DNA of 64,000 nt from an uncultured Pseudomonadota bacterium. GTDB taxonomy: Bacteria; Pseudomonadota; Gammaproteobacteria; CAJXQU01. The DNA lies in the NCBI GenBank assembly GCA_913058255.1, contig CAJXQU010000001.1, forward strand, positions 502,886 through 566,885. Reading direction: 5' to 3'. Shown piece by piece: positions 43,429 through 54,294 of the stretch. The notes below the pieces were generated by a model. That model made no database searches and was not told the DNA's origin. It saw nothing but the letters and a program-made list of their open reading frames with translations. The translations under genes and the position numbers were made by a program. Positions within the stretch are counted from its first letter, which is position 1; every line of letters begins with the position of its first letter.

Positions 43429-43830
43429 TTGAGTATGGATTTAAGCCCGACAAAACCTTATTTAATTCGTGCATTCTATGAATGGATCTTAGATAACGAT
43501 CTAACACCTCACGTTATGGTTGATGCGGAGATAGAAGGTGTCCAAGTTCCCGCTGAGTTTATCTCTGATGGACAGATTGTTTTGAATGTATCTTCGAGTG
43601 CCGTTAAATCTCTTGAATTAGGAAATGAGTGGATATATTTTAATGCTCGTTTCGGAGGTAGACCTCAAGATATCTATGTGCCGATCGTTGCTGTTAAGGC
43701 AATTTATGCACAAGAAAATGGTAAAGGGATGGTGTTTGCTGATGAAGACAATGTTCCACCTCCAAGTTCTCCGCCACCGACGGATGAACCTAAACCGACT
43801 AAAAAGCCAACTTTGCGAGTTGTTAAGTAG
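43429..43830 (+). CDS. sspB: ClpXP adaptor SspB
   Basis: PxRPYLxRAxYEWxxDNxLTPHxxVDA motif. P/E-rich tail ending in the hydrophobic LRVVK ClpX-binding peptide. Confidence 0.85.
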   Translation: MSMDLSPTKPYLIRAFYEWILDNDLTPHVMVDAEIEGVQVPAEFISDGQIVLNVSSSAVKSLELGNEWIYFNARFGGRPQDIYVPIVAVKAIYAQENGKGMVFADEDNVPPPSSPPPTDEPKPTKKPTLRVVK

Positions 43831-43838
43831 GATTGAAC

Positions 43839-43880
43839 ATTTAGCCTAGATCTAACCTAGGCTAAATTTTTGTTTGGTTT
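43839..43880 (+). terminator. Rho-independent terminator after sspB
   Basis: Perfect 10-11-bp stem AUUUAGCCUAG / CUAGGCUAAAU, 7-nt loop, then UUUUGUUUGGUUU. Confidence 0.7.
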
Positions 43881-43913
43881 AGGGTGGACGAGGTTTCTAG
43901 GTTTGGCTGTTTA

Positions 43914-44519
43914 TTAATCTAGATATTGAAAAAGCTTAACGACTTTCTGAACGCCTGATGCGCGACTAGCGATCAAAGCTGCATTTCCACCTTGTTGACG
44001 AGTGATGATTCCCATTAAGTAAACAACTCCCGCTTCAGTCACTACTTTTATTTTTGTACCATTAACAGATTTATCGGTTAATAGCCTACTTTTTACATTT
44101 GTTGTTAGCAAAGTATCACTACTTCTAGCAACGAGCGCACTGGGGGCTGCAATTGAAATTTCATTGAAAATATGACTGACTTTTTGCGTATTTTTTGTAA
44201 TAGCAAGAATGCGTTGAAGTGCTTCTTCTGTAGCGGTTTCACCGGTTAGCAAAACATTGGTATTAAAACTAGTCGCATTGATATGGACGATACCTTTGAA
44301 AGAGGCATCTGAAAGGATTGCATTCTTAATTTTAAGTTCTATCGCTTCATCTTCTACAAATGTACCTGTAGTTCGACTGTCATTGGCGACAACGGCCCCT
44401 GTGGCAGCTCCACCGATGATTAAAGGTGCGCAACTTTGTAATAATAAGGAACCCGCTAAAAGTGAAACCACTTTAAGATTTCGTTTGGTTTTGTTGTTGA
44501 CCTTTTTTAATAATGTCAT
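43914..44519 (-). CDS. dolP: Dual-BON-domain outer-membrane lipoprotein DolP (YraP)
   Basis: Lipoprotein signal ending LQSC, two BON-like repeats, and conserved position next to diaA. Confidence 0.75.
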   Translation of the reverse strand: MTLLKKVNNKTKRNLKVVSLLAGSLLLQSCAPLIIGGAATGAVVANDSRTTGTFVEDEAIELKIKNAILSDASFKGIVHINATSFNTNVLLTGETATEEALQRILAITKNTQKVSHIFNEISIAAPSALVARSSDTLLTTNVKSRLLTDKSVNGTKIKVVTEAGVVYLMGIITRQQGGNAALIASRASGVQKVVKLFQYLD

Positions 44520-44540
44520 AGTATTTTCCTAAATAGGTTC

Positions 44541-45467
<927 letters not shown>

Positions 45468-45496
<29 letters not shown>

Positions 45497-47429
45497 TGTC
45501 AGGTAATGCAGTTTGAGTATTTTGATATTGACTATCGAGAAATTCTGGCTTCCCACGTAGGAACTTGGCCCAAGCTAAATCGCGCTGAATTTGTGCATGT
45601 TCATTTAGATATAAGTTTCCAGTTTCGCCTTCAAATTTCCCACCAATCTGCATTCTTAAACGCCCAAGTTGCGGAATGACCTTATAGGCATCGATACCTA
45701 ATGCAAACAAGCGCAGGAAAGCAGCATTGTTGTCTGGCCAATTTTGTTGCATTGCTAACGGTGTGGCAGGGTCTATGATTTGGTTTTTGATCATCCAAGG
45801 CATGTCACCGATGATAACGCCTTCTAGATCAAGATCAGGTTCTCCGTGTGGAGGCAGTCCGAAAGCGTGAGATGTTGTTAAAACAGGGATCCCAGAAGCT
45901 CGATGAAAGAGTAATTGTGGACGGATCTGACGAGCTTGAGTCGGGCGAGCAGCCATAAAGATAAAGTCCATATCTTTTCTTGGGCGAGGCTCGAATTTAA
46001 TTCTACGATTTAGCTCATTGGTTAGTTCATTGTAACGTTCTTTACTGTCGTCTATGTCTAACAACTTGATGACAGCGGCAGAGAAGTCCACTTCTGTTGT
46101 AGAAAATTTTTGTTGATCAACGATCACTCCACCGAGCGCTTCGTATTTTTCTTGGAAGGCTGTAAATAAACGATCACCCCAAGCGTCTTCAGGCGTGATC
46201 GCAAGCGCCTGACGGAATCCTTCGGCCCACGCTTTTTCTGCCACTTGAGCGGCTTCTTGTTCTGGTGAAAGCCCAAATTGATAAAAATGGTTGGCATCAA
46301 TGTGATGACTAAACTCAGCGAGTTCTTCGGTACTTAAATGATTCAAAGCCAATGTCTTTACAGGAAGTTCTGATAAAGAAAGCAGCATTTTTACAGCCTC
46401 TTTTTCGAGAGGCCCAACAACCAGATCAACACCTTCATCAACAGCACGTTGGTAAACCTCAAGAATATTACTGGCATCGGCTTGATAAACATGAACCATC
46501 GGTTGTTCGAGTTGATCATTCTCGCCATACCAAGCAGAAAGAAAGCCATCCCGAACGGCAGCGCCTGCTTGGGCAAAACGACCGGTGTTTGGAAGCAGTA
46601 ATGCGATGGTTGATATCTTCTTACCTAACACTTCACTTTTAGTGAATAGCTCACGAAGCACAGGAGATTCAGCTGCGTGGTCAGGGTAGTGTAAACGCCA
46701 CTCGGCCACCTTGTCGGCAAATAAGCTAGTGTCGAAAATCGATTCTCTTGCGATCAAATTCAACTCAAGCCAGCCAGTAAGTTGAGGATGAATGTTTCTT
46801 TCTGTTTGAGCGAACTGTTCTGAATCAAATTGATCGATAGTTGTCCAGATTGTGCGTCGGTTTGTATCTTGTTCAAGCTCGGATTCGAGCAAAGGATCAA
46901 TTAACGTTCGCGCTTGAATGGCTTCCAATGAAGATTCTAAGGTTTCAAATGCCGAAATTTGCATCGCTAGAATCTGTTTTTTTGACATTGGACTAGCAGC
47001 GGCAAGATCGATTTGACTCAAGGCTTGAATAACCTGCTCAGGTTGTTGGTCTATTTCAGCGATGTGAGCGGTGATCAAATGGTAACGATTACTCAAAGAT
47101 TGATCTAAAACATCAACATCAATGAGAGCCAGTGTTTTTCTAGCATTCAAACTATCGCCAGCTTGAATATAAGCTTCAGCAGCGGTCAGCTGGTAAACCT
47201 GCTTTAGATTTGATGGCGTTTCATCTTTTAGCAATGCTGGCGCAGCATCAGCCAGTTTCAGGAATTCTTCCGCACCAGCGGTATAATCACCAGATGCAAT
47301 CAACTGATTAGCAGTTTCAATTTGAGCTGCAGCGATCTCTTCTTGGCTTGGGCCAGTTGCACAACCTGCGGTGATCAACAAAGCTAATGTAGCAGGAAGC
47401 GTTCTTTTGAGTGTTGGATGAAGTAACAT
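45468..47429 (-). CDS. lpoA: Penicillin-binding protein activator lipoprotein LpoA
   Basis: 653 aa. Lipobox LITAGC, N-terminal TPR-like region, C-terminal periplasmic-binding-protein-like domain. Conserved position between yraN and divergently transcribed rsmI. Confidence 0.75.
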
Positions 47430-47507
47430 TCCAGTTTCCAGATGAAATTAAACGGCAAAATATTGGCGTGAGTTTAACATTAATTAGCATATTGAGGATA
47501 TTCGACC

Positions 47508-48356
47508 GTGTCACAAGAACAAGCATCAAAAACTGGAATTTTATATGTCGTGTCGACACCAATCGGAAATCTTGACGATATGACCCCCAGAGCCACAGCC
47601 ACCTTGCAGAATGCAGATCTAATTCTGGCCGAAGACACACGCCACAGTGGTGGTTTGTTGAAAAAATTTGGAATTACTACTTCAGCAAAAGCTTACCATG
47701 ATCATAATGAACGTGAGTTTGCCCCAAAGATTATCGAGCGTTTGGAAGCTGGTGAAAGTATCGCACTGATCAGCGATGCAGGAACGCCTTTAGTGAGCGA
47801 TCCGGGGTATTTTCTGATTAAAAGTGCACAGCAAGCCGATATACAAGTGACTCCGGTGCCAGGATCCTGTGCGTTGATAGCGGCCTTAAGTGCATCAGGT
47901 TTGGCTTCTGATAGGTTTACCTTTAATGGTTTTTTACCACCGAAACAAAATGCTCGACAGAAGCGACTGCAAGCATTAAAAATGGACACCGCAACACAAA
48001 TTTTCTACGAAGCCCCGCATCGTTTAGCTGCTTGTATTTCAGATCTCAAGGAGGTGATCGGTGCTGAGCGGAATGCTTGTATCGCTCGTGAGCTAACCAA
48101 GATGTATGAAACGATTCGAACAGACTCACTAGAAAACTTAAACAAATGGCTGGCTCAAGATCCGGGGCAATGTCGAGGAGAAATCGTCATCATTGTTGAA
48201 GGCAACCCAGCAGAGCAGATAGATGACGGCGAAGATCAACGTGTACTCGATATTTTATTGGAATATCTATCCCCAAGTCAGGCCGTGGCAGCGACGGTAA
48301 AGATCACGGGTGGTAAGAAAAATCAGCTCTATAAAATGGCGCAGGAAAAGCAATAG
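47508..48356 (+). CDS. rsmI: 16S rRNA (cytidine1402-2'-O)-methyltransferase RsmI
   Basis: Tetrapyrrole-methylase fold protein (LYVVxTPIGNLxDxTxRA, ExxPHR). 282 aa. Confidence 0.85.
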   Translation: MSQEQASKTGILYVVSTPIGNLDDMTPRATATLQNADLILAEDTRHSGGLLKKFGITTSAKAYHDHNEREFAPKIIERLEAGESIALISDAGTPLVSDPGYFLIKSAQQADIQVTPVPGSCALIAALSASGLASDRFTFNGFLPPKQNARQKRLQALKMDTATQIFYEAPHRLAACISDLKEVIGAERNACIARELTKMYETIRTDSLENLNKWLAQDPGQCRGEIVIIVEGNPAEQIDDGEDQRVLDILLEYLSPSQAVAATVKITGGKKNQLYKMAQEKQ

Positions 48357-48368
48357 CTCTCGATCAAG

Positions 48369-49520
48369 CTAGTCTAAAAACTCGCCGCCATGCCGTAACA
48401 AGCCTTTGCTACGCGGAATATAAATATCAACGACACGCTGTGTATCAAACACTAAAGTCAGGTCAGGTAGTGCAGGATAGCGAATATTTTCAACCTCATC
48501 CTCAGCAACAGATGTTTCTGAACTTTGTCTTTCTGGCGCGATCAGAGACAAGGTGATGGGTAACGCATCCAAATCTATGGTTGATAGGCAGCTGCTGGGG
48601 AGATTGTCCAAAAGTACCTTGATAGAGTCATCTGGTGAAAGTAATTTCTCAATTTTATATTGATAAGCGTCAGTGGCTTCAATACGAGAGATGGCTAGGC
48701 TTAGATCATCTCGATTGATAATTTCCAGAGTAAAGTTAATATCATTATCAAGGTTACTTTTTCTTTCGATATGTAAAGAAAAATCCATCTTTCGTTGCAT
48801 CATCAAACGGCTGGCATCACTCAAAGGCAGGTTGTTTTCAGTGTTCAGGTAGCAGTCAAGGATAGAAACCCAACCAGTTGAATACTCTTTCAAAACCCCA
48901 GCATATTCGACTTGCTCATCATCGACCTTATCCGTTTCAAAAACAACACGTCGACTAATATAATGTTCTAACACAGGATCAAACGCAGCGGTGCTGACCA
49001 TGCCCAACGTACCACTCCCAATTTTCTTAAGGTAATTGCCTTGGCCTTCTAGCAAGGTTGAAGAAGCTTTCTTTTGTACGCGGCTCATCAACAGGCCGAT
49101 GGACTCATCAATCGCTTCACGAAACGCGACCATAAAATTACGAATAGATCGCTTAATGCGACGAACAATACTTGGATTTTTAATCCGTTTAATTTCTTTT
49201 AACCGACGTTTTTGATTCTTAGGAGTAAGCTCATCGTGAAACCGAAAAATCACATCGATATCATTCATTTGTTCAGAAAAAATGATATAACTAGTCAGCA
49301 AATTCTTGCGACGGTTGGTATAGGGGCGACTGAAGATCAGCTCGATCGCATTTGAGAATAGGTTAAGCTTTCCCCAAATGCGTTTACCTTTTAATCGCGT
49401 TGTAACATGAAAACCCCGCAAGTCTTTTAATACACGATCCATTCGACGATGTTGAACAACACTGCCTACCAGAGCACCGACGAAGACCAGCAAAATACTA
49501 AAAAAGAGAACTTTATCCAT
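48369..49520 (-). CDS. Hypothetical membrane-anchored basic protein (383 aa)
   Basis: Long ORF with good coding periodicity and an N-terminal TM helix. No family recognised. Confidence 0.4.
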   Translation of the reverse strand: MDKVLFFSILLVFVGALVGSVVQHRRMDRVLKDLRGFHVTTRLKGKRIWGKLNLFSNAIELIFSRPYTNRRKNLLTSYIIFSEQMNDIDVIFRFHDELTPKNQKRRLKEIKRIKNPSIVRRIKRSIRNFMVAFREAIDESIGLLMSRVQKKASSTLLEGQGNYLKKIGSGTLGMVSTAAFDPVLEHYISRRVVFETDKVDDEQVEYAGVLKEYSTGWVSILDCYLNTENNLPLSDASRLMMQRKMDFSLHIERKSNLDNDINFTLEIINRDDLSLAISRIEATDAYQYKIEKLLSPDDSIKVLLDNLPSSCLSTIDLDALPITLSLIAPERQSSETSVAEDEVENIRYPALPDLTLVFDTQRVVDIYIPRSKGLLRHGGEFLD

Positions 49521-49623
49521 AAGAGGTAATTATGCAGATCTGGAGCTACACGTCTAGGTTTTATCTCAATAAAAGCGCGATAATTAACTAATAACTTCGC
49601 ACAAGGTAAGGTACACTAGCGCC

Positions 49624-49994
49624 GAGAGTTGGCCAGGCAGTCGCTGTATGCAAATACAGAGGAAAGTCCGGGCTCCATAGGGCAGGGTGCTAGATAACGT
49701 CTAGGGGGCGAAAGCCTACGGAAAGTGCCACAGAAAACAGACCGCCACTCGGCTTCGGCCGAAGGTAAGGGTGAAAAGGTGCGGTAAGAGCGCACCGCGC
49801 TAGTGAAAGCTAGTGGCAGGGTAAACCCCACCTGGAGCAAGACCAAATAGGGGAATGCGCCGCTTCGAGCGGTATCGTGTGGTCCGCATGAGTTCCCGGG
49901 TAGGTTGCTAGAGGTGTTACGGCGACGTACATCCCAGATGAATGACTGTCACACCATATGGTGTACAGAACCCGGCTTATCGGCCAACTCTTTT
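49624..49994 (+). ncRNA. rnpB: RNase P RNA (bacterial type A)
   Basis: Matches the E. coli M1 RNA as recalled from memory: AGGAAAGUCCGGGCUCCAUAGGGCAGGGUGC, GGAAAGUGCCACAGAAAA, GGUAAGGGUGAAAAGGUGCGGUAAGAGCGCACC, ACAGAACCCGGCUUAUCGGCCAACUC. P1 closes by pairing AGUUGGCC with GGCCAACU. Confidence 0.95.
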
Positions 49995-50015
49995 TCAACT
50001 TCATAATGGTTAGTT

Positions 50016-50969
50016 ATGGATACAGAACACAAAAAAATATATTCAATTTTTTATCCTAGATATTTAGAGAAAATTAAACAGATTTCAGATGAAAAATTGA
50101 AATTTGTTCAATATACAAGCGCTGAATCTGCGGTGGAAATTATTCGTAAAGGTGAAGTATGGTTGCGAAATTCACAGTGTATGAATGATTTTTCAGAGGT
50201 GCATCACGGGTTAGATTGTCTGGTTAAATCTTACAATACAGGTGATCAAGGCCGGTTATTTAAGGATATTTTAGATGAAATGTATCCTGGCATTACTGAC
50301 AGGCTGAGTTCTCTTTTTGACAGTTGGGCCTCATCGTTTAAGGCTAACACATACCTTGCATGTGTTTCAGAACACCCTCTCGAAGAGAATGAATATGGAC
50401 GATTGTCTATGTGGCGAGCCTATGGCGGAGATCGCCCAGTCGCGATAGTTCTTAATCATGAGCCATTCACAAACACAACAGATGCCTTTAAGGCTTATAG
50501 TCACCCTGTTCATTATGTAAACCATGAAGATTTCCGTAAAGAGTTTCAATCCATTACTGCAAGGATCAGAAAAAATTTTGGTTTTATACAAGGTTTGGGA
50601 GAAAGCCGTGTCACCAATAACTTATTTGATCTGTTTAAAACAACTGCTCTATGTAGTAAACATCCCGGTTTTAAAGAAGAAAGAGAGTGGCGGGTGGTCT
50701 ATACGCCTGAACAAGAAACGTCACAACACATCAAGACTAGTATCGAAACGATAAATGCTGTTCCCCAAGAAATATGTAAGATCCCTCTTAAAGATATACC
50801 TGATGAGGGAGTCGTTGGGCTCTCAGTCCCTGAGTTTATTGACCGAATTATCATCGGTCCTAATGATCAAGAGGAGGTAATGAAAAAAACATTTGAGAAG
50901 TTATTGGGTGAAGCTGGATGTGAACGTCCAGAAGAAAAAGTATTCGTTTCGGGGATCCCTCTTCGTTAA
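50016..50969 (+). CDS. Hypothetical protein, DUF2971-like, in an AT-rich islet
   Basis: 317 aa. The N-terminal region (LKFVQYTSAESAVEIIRKGEVWLRNSQCMNDFSE) resembles the FNDPFE-type motif remembered for DUF2971. GC visibly lower than flanking core genes. Confidence 0.35.
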   Translation: MDTEHKKIYSIFYPRYLEKIKQISDEKLKFVQYTSAESAVEIIRKGEVWLRNSQCMNDFSEVHHGLDCLVKSYNTGDQGRLFKDILDEMYPGITDRLSSLFDSWASSFKANTYLACVSEHPLEENEYGRLSMWRAYGGDRPVAIVLNHEPFTNTTDAFKAYSHPVHYVNHEDFRKEFQSITARIRKNFGFIQGLGESRVTNNLFDLFKTTALCSKHPGFKEEREWRVVYTPEQETSQHIKTSIETINAVPQEICKIPLKDIPDEGVVGLSVPEFIDRIIIGPNDQEEVMKKTFEKLLGEAGCERPEEKVFVSGIPLR

Positions 50970-51387
50970 GTTACATTTTTTTGAATGTTAGAAAGCTTGA
51001 TGTCTTTATATTAAAAATAAATTTTCTCAATTTTTTGATCCTCGACACAAAATTCTCAAACATGAAAATTATAGTAAAGCTCTTTTTGTATAGTTTGATC
51101 TATACCTTTCAACGGAGCGAAAAATCTTGGTTAGTGGTTAAATAGTTTTATATACTGAGGCTTCTATGATTCAAGTGGTGAGCTTGAGATCCTAACTTAA
51201 TTATCAAACAACTAGTCCATCAGTTTTTGTGAGAGAGCTTTTGAAAAATAAATATGAGGTCGATCAGGATGGGTTCAAAGGTGCTTATGTATTTTGAACG
51301 GATTGTAATGAGAAGGTTGAAATGATCAGCCAACTTAGAAAAAATCAATCGCTGTTCTTGAAAGTAGTCCCTTATTAGTGTGGATTC

Positions 51388-52278
51388 TTACTCTTTAAAT
51401 TTTCTTATACGCAAAAAACTAGCAAACTTAGGAATACCTTTTCGAGTTAAGCCAAAGTATTTATAAGTGATTTGTGTGCCCACCTTAGGTGGGGTTTTTC
51501 TCTCACTATCTTTAAAGCCACCTCCAATCTTAAATCGTTTCCCATCAGGCATTTCTACTAAGATAGATCCAAGCATGCCTTTATATTTACCTTTTCCGGG
51601 TAAGTGAGCGATCACAATGGCCTCGGCATCTTGATAGGTTTTTACCTTTAAGATGTCACTTGAACGACCTGCTCTATAGAGTGAATCTCCTCGATGTAAC
51701 ATCAAGCCTTCACCATCTAGCTTAATAACGTGATCGAGCTTTGCTTGAAGTTCTGTGTGATCAGTCACCTTGTATTGTTGGATCAACTGGATATGAGCGT
51801 TGTTCTGAATAATCAAGTTGGCTTTTAGCTCGGCTAGTCGATGAGTAAATGTTTTGGACGAAGTTGGGAGATCAAAGATCATGTATTTAACTTGTCGCCA
51901 TTCTGAGTCGATAGGTTCGATTTTTCTGACGGTACTGACAAGCTGTTCAAAGCTACCGCGCTTTATCCATAGTTCACCATCGAGGGGGATAGTCGGCAGA
52001 TTTACCGTAAACCAGGCTGGTGCGTGATACTGATTTCCTTGGCGTGAAATAAGCTTTTCTCCATCCCAATAGGCACGCACACCATCAAGTTTCTCACTGA
52101 CCCAATATTGATCGAGCGGTTCATTTTGTTGATAGATCTGGGCAAGAGCGAGTTTGGGAGACGTTGCAGCTTTTGTTGGTCGGGCAGTTGAATTTAAGCA
52201 GCCGAGACAGAAAAGCAATAGCAGACAAAAAACATAGAAATGCCGTAATTTGACTTTTTTTGAGAATAATTCTGCCAT
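51388..52278 (-). CDS. Minimal ATP-dependent DNA ligase of the LigE type, with N-terminal signal peptide
   Basis: Motif I KLDGVRAYWDG (adenylation lysine), motif III LDGELW, motif IV EGLMLH, motif V ILKVK. ~270-aa mature size. Hydrophobic N-terminal leader typical of periplasmic LigE. Confidence 0.75.
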   Translation of the reverse strand: MAELFSKKVKLRHFYVFCLLLLFCLGCLNSTARPTKAATSPKLALAQIYQQNEPLDQYWVSEKLDGVRAYWDGEKLISRQGNQYHAPAWFTVNLPTIPLDGELWIKRGSFEQLVSTVRKIEPIDSEWRQVKYMIFDLPTSSKTFTHRLAELKANLIIQNNAHIQLIQQYKVTDHTELQAKLDHVIKLDGEGLMLHRGDSLYRAGRSSDILKVKTYQDAEAIVIAHLPGKGKYKGMLGSILVEMPDGKRFKIGGGFKDSERKTPPKVGTQITYKYFGLTRKGIPKFASFLRIRKFKE

Positions 52279-52503
52279 GAATATAGAGCATCATAATTCA
52301 TGTTTTAGACAGGGTAGCTAAAAACTGTTCGATCTCATCATTTGTTACATTTCATCTTGATGAAAAAATGCCACTTGTAAGAATCTACTTTAAGTAATAT
52401 TACTAAGCAAATGATACTAAGAAAGTAATTTTTTCAACTTCTCTTGAAGTGTCAATAATTCGCCTAAGTCATTGTTAGAAAAGAAAGAATCACGGGTTTT
52501 TAT

Positions 52504-52532
52504 GCTTGACAGAGTGGGCTGGATGAACGACT
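52504..52532 (+). promoter_or_regulatory. Candidate sigma70 promoter of the dcw cluster (Pmra): TTGACA-17 bp-GACTAT
   Basis: TTGACA at 52504-52509 and GACTAT at 52527-52532, ~85 nt upstream of the mraZ start. Confidence 0.45.
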
Positions 52533-52543
52533 ATCCTACAAGT

Positions 52544-52567
52544 GGTGGGGAGTTGTGGATCATTGTG
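52544..52567 (+). promoter_or_regulatory. MraZ operator-like direct repeats GTGGG-N-GTGGA-N-GTGGA at ~10-bp spacing
   Basis: GTGGGgagttGTGGAtcattGTGGA lies immediately downstream of the putative -10. This mirrors the E. coli arrangement of TGGGN repeats bound by MraZ. Confidence 0.5.
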
Positions 52568-52616
52568 GATCAATAGCAACTTCAAAATGAAATTAACAAG
52601 GTGTTTTGAGAGTCTC

Positions 52617-53075
52617 ATGTTTAGCGGTAAAAGCTCATTAAATTTGGACAGTAAAGGACGATTGGCAATACCCAGTCGGTATCGTGCTCGTCTGGAGGAA
52701 ATGAGTGAAAGTGACGTGGTGGTGACGATCAATCCTTTAGACCGATGCGTTTGGATATACCCACGAACAGAATGGGAAATTATCGAAGCAAAATTACGCC
52801 AGCTATCTGATTTTGATAAGCAGAGCCGTCGTACCAAACAGATGATGTTGGGGTATGCCGAAGATTTCCATTTGGATTCCCACGGACGAATTCGAATTCC
52901 TTCTAGCTTGAAAGAATATGCTGGATTAGAGAAAGAAGCGGTCATGTTAGGACAGGGTAACAAATTTGAACTCTGGGATGAATCGGCTTGGAACACACAA
53001 CATGATGAATGGTTGGCCAGCCTTGAAGATACGTCTGGTGAGCCTTCAGAACCATTACAACAGTTATCGCTTTGA
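52617..53075 (+). CDS. mraZ: Division/cell-wall cluster transcriptional regulator MraZ
   Basis: 152 aa from the internal Met (MFSGKSxLxLDSKGRLAIP), matching E. coli MraZ length and N-terminus. The ORF-track extension covers the promoter. Confidence 0.85.
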   Translation: MFSGKSSLNLDSKGRLAIPSRYRARLEEMSESDVVVTINPLDRCVWIYPRTEWEIIEAKLRQLSDFDKQSRRTKQMMLGYAEDFHLDSHGRIRIPSSLKEYAGLEKEAVMLGQGNKFELWDESAWNTQHDEWLASLEDTSGEPSEPLQQLSL

Positions 53076-54031
53076 TGGAAAATTTAAACGGTGAACAGCA
53101 ACACAAACCGGTTTTATTAACGGAAGTGTTGGAAGCCTTATCGATAGTCGATGATGGCATCTACATAGATTGCACTTTTGGCCGGGGAGGTCATGCAAGA
53201 GCGATATTGGAGCAATTAGGACAAGCAGGGAGGGTTATCGCGATTGATCGTGATCCTGAAGCTATTCTAGCTGGTAAGGCACTTGAGGCCGAAGATAGTC
53301 GTTTCACTATCGAACAGGGCGCGTTTTCAGTATTGAAAGATGTGGCTGAACGACAAGATGTGAGCGGCAAGGTGAACGGTATTTTGTTTGATCTTGGAGT
53401 GTCGTCTCCGCAACTGGATGATGCAGAGCGTGGGTTTAGTTTTATGCACGAAGGTCCTCTTGATATGCGTATGGATCCTAGTCATGCGATCTCCGCGGCA
53501 GAATGGATTGCTAGAACTTCTGAGCGAGACATGGTTCAAGTGTTTAGTGAATACGGTGAAGCGCCATTTTCTAAGCGAATCGCAAAGGCAATTGTTGAGG
53601 CGCGACATGAGACACCGTTTGAAACAACAAAGCAGTTGGCTGATCTGATCAGTGCTGTTTCACCGAAACAAGGTAAACCGGGGCAGAAGGTGATTCATCC
53701 GGCAACACGCGTTTTTCAAGCTATAAGAATTTGCGTTAATGATGAGTTGGGCGAAGTGAAAAAGGTACTTGAGCAAGTCACTAATGTGCTTGGGCCAAAA
53801 GGTCGCTTAGCCGTGATCAGTTTTCATTCACTAGAAGATCGTTTGATCAAACGTTTTATAAAAAAAGCGGCTGTAGGAGATAATTTTCCTGCGGGCCTAC
53901 CTATTCCAACATCAATGTTGAATCCAACACTTAAAATGGTTGGAAAGCTGATCAAGGCCGGTAAGGAAGAATTACAACACAACCCTCGTTCACGTAGTGC
54001 AGTGTTACGAGTCGCTGAGAAGATGGCTTAA
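53072..54031 (+). CDS. rsmH: 16S rRNA (cytosine1402-N4)-methyltransferase RsmH
   Basis: HKPVLLxEVL, DxTFGRGGHA, FDLGVSSPQLD motifs. Confidence 0.9.
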   Translation: MMENLNGEQQHKPVLLTEVLEALSIVDDGIYIDCTFGRGGHARAILEQLGQAGRVIAIDRDPEAILAGKALEAEDSRFTIEQGAFSVLKDVAERQDVSGKVNGILFDLGVSSPQLDDAERGFSFMHEGPLDMRMDPSHAISAAEWIARTSERDMVQVFSEYGEAPFSKRIAKAIVEARHETPFETTKQLADLISAVSPKQGKPGQKVIHPATRVFQAIRICVNDELGEVKKVLEQVTNVLGPKGRLAVISFHSLEDRLIKRFIKKAAVGDNFPAGLPIPTSMLNPTLKMVGKLIKAGKEELQHNPRSRSAVLRVAEKMA

Positions 54032-54294
54032 TGAGGCTTTCTATCGTTCTTTTTTTGGCTGTAATGATTGTTTGGTCAGCGTTGAGCGTGGTCAAAACAC
54101 GGCATGAAAGTCGTAAATTATTTATCGCATTGCAGGAAATGGAAAACCAACGGGATGCGATGAATGAAAACTGGGGTCGTTTGCAATTAGAGCAAGCTAC
54201 TTGGGGAACACATAGCCGAATCGAAGAATTTGCACGTGACAAATTGGAAATGGAATTACCTATTACAGAAGATATTAACTTGGTGAATTTTTGA
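54031..54294 (+). CDS. ftsL: Cell division protein FtsL
   Basis: 87-aa bitopic protein (TM then coiled coil) between rsmH and ftsI. Confidence 0.75.
   Translation: MRLSIVLFLAVMIVWSALSVVKTRHESRKLFIALQEMENQRDAMNENWGRLQLEQATWGTHSRIEEFARDKLEMELPITEDINLVNF

Noticed and set aside
49616-50004. Two minus-strand ORFs (76 and 64 aa)
   Set aside because: Both are inside the plus-strand RNase P RNA gene, so they are artefacts of an RNA gene.
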